The notes under the pieces: generated by a model
Databases searched by the model: none
The model's input: only the letters and a program-made list of their open reading frames with translations
Told to the model about the DNA's origin: nothing
In this document: piece by piece, positions 1-12,863 of the stretch
Numbering within the stretch: the first letter of the stretch is position 1
Layout: each line of letters opens with the position of its first letter
Position numbers and translations under genes: made by a program
DNA from: Octopus vulgaris
Taxonomy: Eukaryota
Direction: 5' to 3'
Assembly (NCBI GenBank): GCA_951406725.2
Contig: OX597825.1
Span: forward strand, 14,570,001 to 14,634,000
DNA length: 64,000 bases

Positions 1-2
1 AA

Positions 3-167
3 GCAAATAGACCAGATATTGTTGTGAAAGACCAAAACAATAAAGTCTGTTTATTGATTGACATGAGCATAATCTGTGATCATAATATCTCGGCAAGAGA
101 ATTTGATAATCTCAGAAAATATATAGATTTGCTAATCGATATCAAAAAGATGTGGCATCTCAAGACT
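3..167 (+). mobile_element. R4/Dong-type non-LTR retrotransposon fragment, restriction-like endonuclease domain
   Basis: Frame 3 reads ANRPDIVVKDQNNKVCLLIDMSIICDHNISAREFDNLRKYIDLLIDIKKMWHLKT. This is the RPD...ID...KY..L motif of RLE endonucleases and is homologous to the copy at 33.9-34.2 kb. Confidence 0.8.
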
Positions 168-299
168 GCTGGGTGAATATCTAAGTCTATCTTGGTGGCA
201 TTTGAACTCTAAAATATGAATAGCCAGATGAAATTGCGTAAACAGTTTGTTCGACGCACTAATGGTTGTGTATGCTTTCCACGTTGATAACAATAATAA

Positions 300-495
300 T
301 AATTTTAAATTTGAGCACAAAGCCAGAAATTCTTGCAGGTCAGCAATTCATCGATACCAGTAATCAAATGGTACTTATTTTATCGACCCCGAAATGATGA
401 ATGCTAAGGAGCATTTGAACTCGGAAAGTAAAGGACCGGAAGAAATTCTGTAAACGGTTTAGTCGACGCTCCGACGATTCTGCATGCTCTCTGCG
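300..495 (-). mobile_element. Degenerate SINE family B copy
   Basis: Contains ggtacttattttatcgaccccgaaatgatga...atttgaactcggaa, matching the family B core at 10193-10431. Confidence 0.6.
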
Positions 496-529
496 TTAAT
501 AATAATAATAAAAAAAAAAATAAAAAAAA

Positions 530-569
<40 letters not shown>

Positions 570-892
570 TTAATAATTAGAAGCAACTCAAATCAAATGC
601 AGAACGAATACAGAAATGGAATATGAGTAGAGGTAGTGGAATATAATTAGATAATGGACAAATATTTCAAAGAGAAATTTCGATTCCTATGTTATCTTGC
701 TCCATGATACTGTTTCAATATTCTGTTTGTATTGATATCAAAGCCAGAGAGATTGATGTTGACGAACGCTAAACAAAACTGAATTACCAAAGGGTTTTCC
801 ATAGTAATGAAATTATATTTGAATACAAATGAGAAGAAACAAAAATATTAAGTCTATGAATGTACGCTTTAAAACGTAATTAACTGAATGAT

Positions 893-927
<35 letters not shown>

Positions 928-948
928 ATACATGTATGTATGTATATA

Positions 949-1004
<56 letters not shown>

Positions 1005-1205
1005 GTTGTACGTGTTTTTGTGTCTGTGTGTCTGTGTGTTTTCTTCATATGTATGTACATAGATTATTTAGATAAATTAGCAAGGAGACAGTAAGACGAT
1101 GTAAATAGTGGCATGATTGCCCCCAAGTAAACATAAGTGGGGCTCTGATCGATTACTATCAATGCATGCCCCGGGTAATCACAGATGCATGCAGACGCAC
1201 GTAGA

Positions 1206-1284
<79 letters not shown>

Positions 1285-1301
1285 ATATATTTTATAAGTA
1301 C

Positions 1302-1344
<43 letters not shown>

Positions 1345-1357
1345 GGCATCGTATATA

Positions 1358-1396
<39 letters not shown>

Positions 1397-1643
1397 ATAT
1401 ATAGTCCATGTCTATAATATATATATTATATTACATTATATATATGTATGCAACTTAAGTGAGGGCGTTCATACATCCATATCTGTAAACGGTTATTGTC
1501 AATACTTTTCTAGTTGTATTGCGTGTTCGTTTCCTTTTTGCATATGGAATTTTATTTTTGATGTTGTATATAAATGAAGGTATTGCTGCTTTTCATTCTA
1601 CGCAAAAAGAAGATGCATTGCAAAACTGTTATTTTAACAAATT

Positions 1644-1765
1644 GTATTAATTTATCACCCGATGAGACACATCTGCGCCGCCGGATGCACCTGGAACAGT
1701 TGTTAAGTGTCTCACCCGTGAAGGATCGACATTTGATGTGTCGAAACAATTGTCGTGATTAATAC
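1644..1765 (+). ncRNA. Type I hammerhead ribozyme-like motif in a probable Penelope-like element end
   Basis: ATCAC-CCGATGA-GACACATC-(61 nt)-GATGTGTC-GAAAC-AATT-GTC-GTGAT. Stem I is ATCAC/GTGAT plus GTATTA/TAATAC, stem II is a perfect 8 bp, stem III is palindromic, and the triplet is GUC. Core position 4 is C instead of U. Confidence 0.7.
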
Positions 1766-2249
1766 TCACAATTCTCCTTTATTTATTCCATCTTCTGTCT
1801 TTCATTTACCATTCATATATAAATATTAATATCTATCTATCTATCTATATATATATATATATATTTTATTATCACTGTGATAAAAAAAAATCTACAGCTG
1901 GAGAAGGACCTTCTACTACCATGTTCTTAATGATAAAATTAACCTCACTGTCTATATATCTACCCTCTTTGTAATGTTGACAAATGAAATAAGTATAAAA
2001 ATGTACATTGTACATTTATTTTTAAAAAATTCTATATGTGGCTGAAGATTGCTTTACATTTTAAAACTGATGTAATACATACATTGTTTAATAAAACGAA
2101 ATAGCATGAAACGATTGTACTACGCTACCTTGGATATCATTGTTGCTTATTTTAATTATAATCACTCCATTTGATTTATATGGATAATACCATACCATAT
2201 TCTGGTGCCTTTCACTTAAGTAGCATATTCATCTGTATCTAAATTTTTC

Positions 2250-2393
<144 letters not shown>

Positions 2394-2546
2394 GTACGTA
2401 TATGTACACTTTGAAGATTTATATATTATCTAATCGCCTCTTTGTCGTCAATTTAGCTTTTGTTGCGTGGCCGTATACGATGTGTTGTTATTGATTATTG
2501 CATATATAAGCAAAAAATTTCACAGTTAAAATTCAGTGATAAAATG

Positions 2547-2756
2547 CTAGCGGAATTGCTGACCGAAACACTTTCTTGTAAATGCAAAAAATCCGCAAAA
2601 TGATCCTGAATTATAACTAATCGAAATGTTTGTTTGATCATTGCTGGAGACTTGGTAGTTGTAAGCAGCAGGAAGTGAATTAGCAATGTTGGAATAATTT
2701 GGCAGTTGAAAGCGTATCGGGACGCACGATATTTTTTTTCCCCAATAAAATGTGAC
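2547..2756 (-). pseudogene. VWDE-like module exon remnant (xCxLP...ISxSxG segment)
   Basis: GKKISCVPIRFQLPNYSNIANSLPAAYNYQVSSNDQTNISISYNSGSF resembles AVDCQLP...LKVSNDGYKFS. Confidence 0.45.
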
Positions 2757-3186
2757 TAATAAAATATTTACGTAAAAAAGACATAGTAATATCGTCACCG
2801 GCAACACTAAGCTGTCTCATAGAAAATGAACAGTTAAATTCTCACCTCGTAATCTGTTTACAAATGGCGTAATGTGGTTTTGTTATTTTTTCTGGGCCAA
2901 ATACAAGCGTACATGGCTACATATATGTACATACACATTCACTCGCGCGCGCACATATATTCATGTGTTAATATTCGCTTTTATGTTCAGTTATTATAGA
3001 ATCAATTTTACGTTAATATGAAGGGTTACTTTATATTTGTAGAGTACACATCTATTTTTCTTAAGCAAGATTATTACAGACAGTGGCTTTAAACTTTCGG
3101 CCAGTCAACCCATCGTCAGGCAGCTGCAGTATACATTTCATGTGTGTGTGCGTGTGTGTATGCATATGTGTATGTATATACGTATG

Positions 3187-3239
<53 letters not shown>

Positions 3240-3325
3240 GTGTGTGTGTGTGTATATATATATATGTATATATGTATATATATATATATGTATATATGTA
3301 TATATATATATGTATATATGTATGT

Positions 3326-3377
<52 letters not shown>

Positions 3378-3394
3378 ATATATGTATGTATGTA

Positions 3395-3433
<39 letters not shown>

Positions 3434-4100
3434 AAATATACACACACGTATATAGTCATTCGTTTTATTTGTTTATTGGCATAATGTACGACATCATCTC
3501 TTTGAACCTCACATTAATTATTATATGGGTATTTATTATCTGCTTGGGAGAATGTTAACATACAAGTAGTAACGAAAAAAATTTTGGAATAAAGAAAGTA
3601 AAAAGCAACGACAATTTTATGACCGCGTGTCTGTGTGTGTGTGTGTGTGAAACGACGGGAAAACGAACAATAAAGAATATTTGGAATAATGCTGATATAG
3701 ATTAGAGCCTGCACGTGTATGGTTTAACATTGATGAACGTCTATATGATTTTGTTGACAGGCGTTAAGATAGAAATAAATACTTAATGAGAGAACTGTAT
3801 GTAAATCAAGAGAAAGTGAAAATATAGATAGACTTATATTTACACCTGTTGGGTATCTATGCTTCCCTCTGTTTACTCCGCTACTGTTTTGCATTGGAGC
3901 GTACTGATTTGTGTATGACATGTCTTGAATAATATTTGGATGATTTGAATATATACATGTGATAATACGTTTGTGTATAAATGCTTCATTGGTAAACTAT
4001 AACTATATATTCCACATCAAATTTCCTGAACGAACAGTGACCTGTAATCATAAAGCTATTGAATATTTAATATTAGGAAAAGATTGAAATCTCCTTTATT

Positions 4101-4328
4101 TCAATATTCCAATATTAGGTAGTAGCAACGAGATGAAATAGTAAAATATACTGTTTTGGATCGATGCTCGTATATGTTACGAATATCAATACTTGTATCA
4201 TAAACTATGCTTATAATGTGTACCCATATTAAAAGTGAAATTTCTTCTTCGGTGTTGTGCGACTTAAGCTGCAGCCCGGGTTTAGATTTATCCTGTACTG
4301 TTTGCAAATTGCTATGTAAACGTGGGAA
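4101..4328 (-). pseudogene. VWDE-like cadherin-like segment exon remnant
   Basis: Strong acceptor ctttctttttttctttcaatcag. (NQ)FPRLHSNLQTVQDKSKPGLQLKSHNTEEEISLLI...YFTISSRC resembles NQPPVIQ..LQTF...YQFVAFDPEGSDIHFTL...VRLNDDC. Confidence 0.55.
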
Positions 4329-4813
4329 CTGATTGAAAGAAAAAAAGAAAGTCAATCGTTATCAATATTCATATAAGCGAATAAATTCGTAAATCTCATA
4401 TGTATAGACGTTTTCAGTTCTGACATTCCAGATATCGTATTACTTTGGCAATGTAGACCAGTCTTGTATCACAATTCAATGATCTCTCACAATTTTTCGA
4501 TTCGCCAAATGATTTATACCCGTGTAATCGATACGTTGATTGCAAGTCGTGTGATAGTGAAGAGATGATCAACTATATGATGTAACCTAATTGAAAGCTA
4601 CGCAGGTCAGAGGAGGATAATCTCATCTGATTCACTTATAGCTTATACGTTTGACTCACAGCTCTTACAATTTTGAAATTATGCTCTTAGTATGAAATTA
4701 CTGGAATCAGGAATACGTTTGTAAGAAACATATCTATTTCAATTATTTGATGTAGCTATGTAGGTGTACAGATACACACATAAACACACATACACACAAA
4801 TTATATATATATG

Positions 4814-4871
<58 letters not shown>

Positions 4872-4914
4872 CTGTGTGTATGTATATAAATAAATAATTA
4901 TAAGCGCATTTATT

Positions 4915-5084
4915 TCTCGTTGTTTGCTTCAGTCATTTAACAGCGGCTATGCTGCAGCACCGCCTGTAGTCGAAAAAAATCGACCCCAAGACATGTTCCT
5001 TTTAAGCCTGGTATTTTTTATATCGGTCTCTATTGCCGAAACGCTAAAATCGGTTGTGAAGTGATGGTGAGGGGACAAACACAG

Positions 5085-5151
<67 letters not shown>

Positions 5152-5328
5152 TGTGTGTGTGTGTGTGTGTGTGTATGACGGGCTTCTTTCAGTTTCCGAT
5201 TACCAAATCCACTCACGAGACTTTCGTCGGCCCGAGGCTATAGCAGAAGACGCTTGTCCAAGGTGCCACGTAGTGGATATGAACTAGAGATCATGTGGTT
5301 GGTAAGCAAGCTACTAAACACACAGCCA
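4915..5328 (-). mobile_element. SINE family A (tRNA-derived head, CORE-like CCTTGGGCAAGT box, internal (TA/TG)n)
   Basis: Reverse complement of the family A consensus seen at 57826-58240. Confidence 0.85.
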
Positions 5329-5526
5329 TTATGTATATGTTGCATATATGCTTCCATTTTGAGAGCACGCAGCATATTAATATCTTCGAGAAACAACCAG
5401 CGTATAATCGGTAATCACAACTAAATAAATGTTAAAATAGAAAAAAAAGGATAGCATTACTGTCACTTGTGTCTTAAAACACTTCGATAAATCTTCTAAA
5501 CGAAAGATATAGCATAGTATAGTGTA

Positions 5527-5569
<43 letters not shown>

Positions 5570-5669
5570 TATATATATATACATATATATGTATGTATGT
5601 ATATATATATATATACATATATATGTGTATGCATATATATGTATATATATACATATATGTATGTATGTG

Positions 5670-5715
<46 letters not shown>

Positions 5716-5718
5716 ATG

Positions 5719-5795
<77 letters not shown>

Positions 5796-5924
5796 ATAAG
5801 TGCACATATACAGAGAACGAAAGAAAGAGACAGAGAGAGTGAGAGATAGAAAGAGCGATGCAGAAAATAACAAGTTTGAGTATTACAGTTTAAAAGTGCA
5901 TAGATTGTTTGGAGACATAAAGCA

Positions 5925-5969
<45 letters not shown>

Positions 5970-6609
5970 GTAAATACATATATATGTATATATATGTGTG
6001 TGTGTATGTGTGAGAATCTATATGTGTGTGAAAAATTGATACAGATATAGATAGATATTCATATGTAGATATGGATATATCGATCGTTTTTTGCTATATG
6101 TATTTTAGTGTCGTATTTAATATTGTCGCCAACAAATGTGACTATGTCTTTGAGATATATTCAATCGTGTCGTGTATCAAATTAACGGTTTCAACCATTG
6201 GAGTGCAGCTACACTGAATGTTGTACTATCAAATGTCGGGTAAATTATATCTAAACGGACGCATAGTGACAAGTACTTATTTATTGATCTTGATAAATTT
6301 GCGATAGTTTTGTGCTTTCATTTCAACATAGAACGTAATGGAATGTACTCCACCGTTATATATTCGTGTTATCAGCTATGTGTACGAAAGGGTGTGAAGA
6401 AATGAGTGCGGTGTTCAAGTTAAGCTGATGGGTTCATATCTCGAGAAAGGCAATTTGTGCTGACTTAAATGCATTTTATTTAGGATTGCGCAGATCAGAG
6501 CGAAAAATGAATTAAACCGTTCCAAAGTAACTCCACAGAGGCTGCTAATATACTATGAGAATGTCACATTATGGTTATCTTACAGAAGAAAATACGAGCA
6601 TACACTGTT

Positions 6610-6693
<84 letters not shown>

Positions 6694-6809
6694 TAGATAG
6701 ATAGATAGATAGATACATACATAGATAGACTGACAGACATATAGAAAGATAGATAGATAGATAGACAGAAAAACATGCAGGCAGCCTGAGAAATAGACAG
6801 GCGAACAGA

Positions 6810-7045
6810 AAGTTTATTTCTTAGCCACACAGGGCCGAACACAGATGAGACAAAAATACAATGTAGAGCTTTTCTTTTTGAACATAGACACAGAAGGAGG
6901 AGACAATTAATTTCTGATCAAAACGGATCGTGCAAAAAAAAACAGCGATCAGAAAATATAAATGTAAAAAAAAAACAACAACATATATTAGGTTTATATG
7001 TGGAGAGAAAAGCCTACAGAAAAGACCTCGATAACCCCAGACAGG
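6810..7045 (-). mobile_element. 3' end of a non-LTR element next to a GATA tract
   Basis: Homologous to 38757-39075 (gccacacagggc...acagatg.gacaa...acaa.gtagagcttttctttt). Confidence 0.55.
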
Positions 7046-8009
7046 GAGCGAAAAACACATGAGAGCAAAGTGCTCTCTCGCTCTCTCCCTTTTTTTCGAT
7101 TTATACGATCATACTCATCTTTGCTACATTCACCTACCTTTTATTGAATATTTCACGTGACAAAACTTGCGAGATAATTAATTAATTAGTTAGATAAATG
7201 ATAGATAGATATGTAAATCGATATATAGATAGGACGTCTTTCTGTTTCTATAAACCAAATTTATAAATATATAACCAAAATGTGACTCACGATTAAGTGA
7301 CTCCTTGTGGTGTCACTTAATCGTATCACCCTCATATACAAAATATTTTAAATAAAACTTGACCATTAAGGTATTTATGGCATACAATTCCACAGCATAA
7401 TGCATTGAAAAAGGTGGCAATTGTGGCAATACATTTAGTATGGTACACAGATGGCAATTGTAATTTAACTATGTTTCAATTGCATAACCTACTTTCATAT
7501 ATGTGTGGGTATGCGTGCGTGTGTGTGTGTGTGTGTGTGTTCTTTGAACCTCCATAAATCCTAAATTTTATTTTAGAATTTTAGAATATCAACTAATTTC
7601 ATGTTATCAAATTATGTTGGAGCGAGCATAGAATAAGGTTGGAAAGAGAGCTATTTGTAACTAAGGTAACTACTGCAATATCCAATTGCTGGGTTTTATT
7701 GAGATATGGAAATGTCTTATACGCTTTCACTAATAAGAAAAAGGCCCCTGAAGATAAGGAAAAAAAAAGCAAAAGATAAAATTATAAACCTCCAAGCGGA
7801 GAATATTCACCCTCTGTGTTATCTCGTAATGTCACGCTCTGTCTCTCCCCCTTTCTCTCCCTCTTTCTCTTTTTCTCTCTCCCTCTCTCTCTCCCTATAT
7901 GTATATATATACATATATATACAGAGATAGGTAAATAGATAGTTAGATATAGACATACATATACACCCACATTTATATATTTACATATTTATACATATAT
8001 ACATACATA

Positions 8010-8098
<89 letters not shown>

Positions 8099-8557
8099 CG
8101 TATGTATATACATATATTATACTTATGTTACTTATGTTAGTATAATGTGTGTGTGTGTACATGTATACGTATATAAACATGCACAGACTCCCATACTCAA
8201 AACACCCACACATGTCCACGCACAAACGCACGCACTAGATTATAAGATACCTCCACTTTTACACGGCTAACTATCTACTAAACCTATCTCTCCTCTCTGG
8301 CAATAATAGCTGTCTCCATCCAAAATAAATGAGTATTTATACTTTCTGCTGGCTTTTGAAGACAGGAAATAAATGGTTATTTAAAATATAATAGCTATAA
8401 ATATAAAGATAAAGAATCAAATCATTGTTGAGTGATTATACTTTATTTTCTATATATGAGTTATATATTTCGGTTTTATCCACTAATTTCCAACGTTTGT
8501 GTGATCTGAATTTGATTATCATGAATTACATTACCTCTCATGTTTAGCTGTTTAATG

Positions 8558-9328
8558 TTAACAGTAACCACACAGCAACTCGGCCTTCATTTTGTTCCCT
8601 CATATAATGTTTAACTTCCGTGTGTATGATTTGTTCGCGGTGGTATAATCGTAAGTCTTGCAACTAGTGATATGATCTTAAGGGTGATTTCTTTATCTAC
8701 GGTGTGATCTGATCCTTTATAAATCTCTCACAGCCAACTCTTGTTCCATGTGAGCCAATTTCTTCCGGCGAGAAGAAACAGCATATGCATGGTGGGCGAA
8801 TGAAATATTGCGTTGCACACAATGGCATGCTCAGAAAGTGCTGACTTCAAGAGTATCCTGAAAGGACACTTTAGAACCCCAAACTTCAGAGTTCTTTTAG
8901 AGGGCTTAGAAAAAACTGAAGGACGGCTGCAATAAGTGTGTTAAATATTAACAGTAACCGCACAAGTCGACCTTCATTTTGTTCCCTCATATAATGTTTA
9001 ACTTCCGTATGTATGATTTGTTCGCAGTGGTATAATCGTAAGTCTTGCAACTAGTGATATGAGCTTAAGGGTGATTTTTCTATCTACGGTGTGATCTGAT
9101 TCTTTATAAATCACTTAGATCCAACTCCTGTTCCATGTGAGCCGATTTCTTCCGGAGAGAAGAAACAGCAACTGCATGGTGGGTGAATGAAATTTGTGCG
9201 ATGTACACAATAGGCTGCTCAGAAAGTCCTGACTTCAAGGGTATCCTGAGAGGACTCTTTCGAATCCCAACCTTCAGAATTCTTTTAGAGGGCTTAGAAA
9301 AAACTGAAGGACGAGTGCCAAAAGTGTG
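8558..9328. repeat. Direct tandem duplication with a unit of about 390 bp
   Basis: 8558-8947 and 8948-9328 both begin ttaacagtaacc and end gagggcttagaaaaaactgaaggacg...aagtgtg, with scattered substitutions. Confidence 0.9.
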
Positions 9329-9487
9329 CGGATTTTAGAGGCGAATATACTGGATAAAATTAATTAATTCTTTTTATTTATTATTTTTTTTAATAATTAA
9401 TTCTTTTTATATACTTGATAAAATAAATAACTGCTCCTCATAAATTGTATTTTACACAAAGCCAGGAACTTTTCAGCACCCACTCGT
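9285..9487 (+). mobile_element. Mariner 3' end remnant
   Basis: Frameshifted GLEK(L)KD.C.KC..FRGEY transposase terminus, followed by the TIR-like aaagccaggaacttttcagcacccactcgt. Confidence 0.6.
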
Positions 9488-9492
9488 GTGTG

Positions 9493-9530
<38 letters not shown>

Positions 9531-10192
9531 AACACACGTACACGCACAAACACACACACACACATAGTCAGAGTGAGAAATGAATAAAGAGAGGTAGGAA
9601 TTGAGTTCCGTAACGGACTGGCATTTTATTCATTGGACTCGTATGTATACAGCACGTAGTTCACTTCAGTGTGATGTAGACATACAACAAAATGAACACC
9701 CCTAGGAGGTCTCTCCTCCAATAAAATAACTGACAACTGATAGTCTTGACGTAGCTTATGTAAACAAACACAAAAAAACAAAGTAGAGTAATTTTTATAC
9801 AAAATGGAAGAACAGATGGATAAGTGTGTTTACGTAAAAAAATCATCCTCACGAGCAATTTATTTTGATGTATACAGTTACATGAAATAATTGTAGACAT
9901 ATTTTTGAACTATGCGGTCTAGATTAAAGAGTTGTACTCATAAAATTTAGAAGCTATTCTAGACCGGTGTTCAATATTAAAAGTTCGTGCGTTCGATTCC
10001 TGCTGAGAGCTTTGTAATGTATGTCAGCATTACAACAAATTTGACAAGTATCTGGAACAATGAGAGGTGTATGTGTTACGTGGATTTCGTACATATTGTA
10101 ATAGGCCCAATCTGTCATCTCGTTTAACAATGCTCCCAGGCAACACGGTGCATGATTTTAGCTGAATGTGGTATATTACACTAGTCCGAACC

Positions 10193-10431
10193 GGAATACC
10201 TATTTCTTTACTACCCACAAGGGACTAAACAAAGAGAGGACAAACAAGGACAGACAAATGGATCAAGTCGATTACATCGACCCCAGGGCGCAACTGGTAC
10301 TTAATTTATTGACCCCGAAAGGATGGAAGGCAAAGTCGACCTAGGCGGAATTTGAACTCAGAACGTAACGGCAGACGAAATACGGCTACGCATTTCACCC
10401 GGCGTGCTAACGTTTCTGCCAGCCCGCCGCC
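10193..10431 (-). mobile_element. SINE family B (tRNA-like head, Deu/Nin-like domain) with a 109-bp flanking duplication
   Basis: Head GGCGGCGGGCTGGCAGAAACGTTAGCAC, B-box GAGTTCAAATTCC, and Nin-like GCCTTCCATCCTTTCGGGGTC..TAAATTAAGTACCAG. Confidence 0.85.
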
Positions 10432-11415
10432 ATTTCGTACATATTGTAATAGGCCCAATCTGTCACCCGATTTAACAATACTCCCAGGCAACACGGTGCA
10501 TGATTTTAGCTAAATGTGGTATATTACACTAGTCCGAACCTGGATACCGGTCTTGCGATAATACAGGAAGTGTGGTTCTTTTCCACACCCGCCCCTTAAC
10601 CCATTTCCAACTCTCTAACAGGAGTTAATATGTCTGCTTCCACTCAAGCTATCTATAATAGATTAAATCGTTTATAACCTTAAACCTAAATGTATACAAT
10701 TCATATACATATCTGCATCAGAGTGCAGGTAGATATTGTATGCAATATTGCTTAAAAATATGCAAAAATATGCATAAGTCGGGTGTGCTTCGAGGCATTT
10801 AATTTTTAATAACATTTTCTTTATGAGATTCTGTGTTTGTGTGTAATTTTCTTTTTTTTTTTTGCATTTGAACAGACGACTGAATTTTATTCCGCATCTA
10901 GATTTTATATGCTCACCTTATATGCAAATTAGATGACGATTGCGTTTAGGAAATAACATGTAGAGGATTTTCAAGAAACAGAATTTTACTTAATTATATT
11001 TGGGTGAATAAGTTAACTTTCAACAATTAATTTTGTCTCTTTAATCAGCCTACCGATAGCGGATGAATAATCACATTACTCCCCTCGAATAACTCTATCG
11101 TGACCCTTCATCATTCATGCACTACTAAATAATGTTATGTGCACTGTAACGCCATTTCCAGAAAAAATTTGCCTATCATAAACACAGAAATATACATACA
11201 CACGCAAACAAAAGGATGCGCGTACACACACACACACACAGAGACAAACACACACACGCACACACACACACACACGTATATATATCTATATATGCGTGTG
11301 CGGCTATATGAATGAATATATGTATATCTATCAGACTATGTCTGTTGACACATGCTCAAACACACACGCATGTATATAAACATACATATACATACATACA
11401 TACATATATATACAT

Positions 11416-11497
<82 letters not shown>

Positions 11498-11994
11498 TTA
11501 GATACTTCGATAGGTTTCGGCCGCATAGCTAACTTAAAAGCACCACCTAGAAAAGATCCTTGCTGTATTATATGACAAATTGGCAAGGTTATCCCAAAAG
11601 AATAACTTACTTAGAACTATTCGGCAGCCAATCGATAACCATCGTCAAACAGAGAGGATATGCATACAAAATATTTCTTGGAACTAGTTGTGCGATATAA
11701 ACATTAATAAGGCTCCCCTGCCTGTTATATATGAACATAACACAACGAATCTCTTCGACGACGTTTGCTAAGGAAGCAAGTCTTACAGATGAACAGCTGA
11801 ATCAAAATCTCTGTGTTGCTGTGTATGAGAGGTAAATCCGGACAAACTACACCTTCTTTTATCTAATGCACTTCGATGTTGCTCATACAGAAAAGACTTA
11901 CCTGAAATATAAAGCGATGCGCAGGCATTGGATTCTTCAAGTTGTAAATAAATCAGATCCCATTATTGAATTCGCTTAAAGTGCAGAGAAACCT

Positions 11995-12200
11995 TTGACT
12001 GATGTTCGGATCATTAACAACAAATGGCAAGAATTGAACTTTGCTCAAGACACAGATAATAAAGGTCAGAATTGTCTACAACCTACGAATTTAAGTGGTG
12101 AGATTTTAAAAGACATTCAAGATCGCTTGCCTCAACACAATACATATAAACGGAATTTCAGAGCAGCTATGGAAATTGAAGCTTCAGAGAATTTTAATAT
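11995..12200 (+). mobile_element. Probable Helitron Rep N-terminal fragment
   Basis: ELNFAQDTDN...NLSGEILKDIQDRLPQHNTYKRNFRAAME resembles the Helitron FAQ(LY)..DT.NE...L...I...LQ.ML...NPY...F..A.E motif. Confidence 0.45.
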
Positions 12201-12394
12201 TGTTATGTATGATGACAAGAATGTTAAACCTTTTAAATCACATTATTGAAATCATAAACTTACAATACAATCAATTATGATATAAATTTCAATGTTTTTG
12301 TCAAATATTATAATCATATAGAGTTCTATTGGACATTGTCTCGTGCTATAAGCATATATATATATATATATATATATAATGTGTGTGTGTGTGT

Positions 12395-12490
12395 GACAAT
12401 TATTCGGTAGCTATGAAAAAACTCCGAGTTTTGGATGTCAGGCTGGAAATCCACGCCGCCATCTCTTCAGTTGTCCTGCCATCGGAAAAA
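12395..12490 (-). mobile_element. Short repeat with a hammerhead-like core, same family as 43235-43512
   Basis: Shares attattcggtagc.atgaaaaaactc.gagttttggatgtc with the 43 kb copies. The minus strand reads CTGAAGA-GATG...CATC-C-AAAA-CTCGGAG-TT. Confidence 0.6.
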
Positions 12491-12574
12491 TGGTTGGACT
12501 GTGTTGGAGGAGTTAGACTAACCCCAAACACACACACACACACAGACAACATTACACATTACAAATTTATGTAT

Positions 12575-12863
12575 ATTATGGCAGCGTTCACCACCTTAAA
12601 CAAGGCGACCGACCGTCCAGAAGAGTTGTCCAAGATTCCGAATTCGTCTGGTGGCTGTGGTTGAAACAAATGGCGATTTTATTAAATAAATGTACTCTTT
12701 ACTATTTCAAGATATGCATATGTAATTTTGATACACATATCTGTTAAAATAGACTCAGTAAAACACATGGGCTACTGTGTAGTCAATAAATCAAAAAACA
12801 AACATTGCACATACGCGAAATTAAAATTATAAAATGGCGAAAATTTACCCATCGTACCCTGTA
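12575..12863 (+). mobile_element. Tc1/mariner 3' end remnant
   Basis: IMAAFTTLNKAT / VQKSCPRFRIRLVAVVETNGDFIK* with a 4-bp duplication frameshift. The terminus ...gtaccctg-TA is the reverse complement of a TA-CAGGG TIR. Confidence 0.7.
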
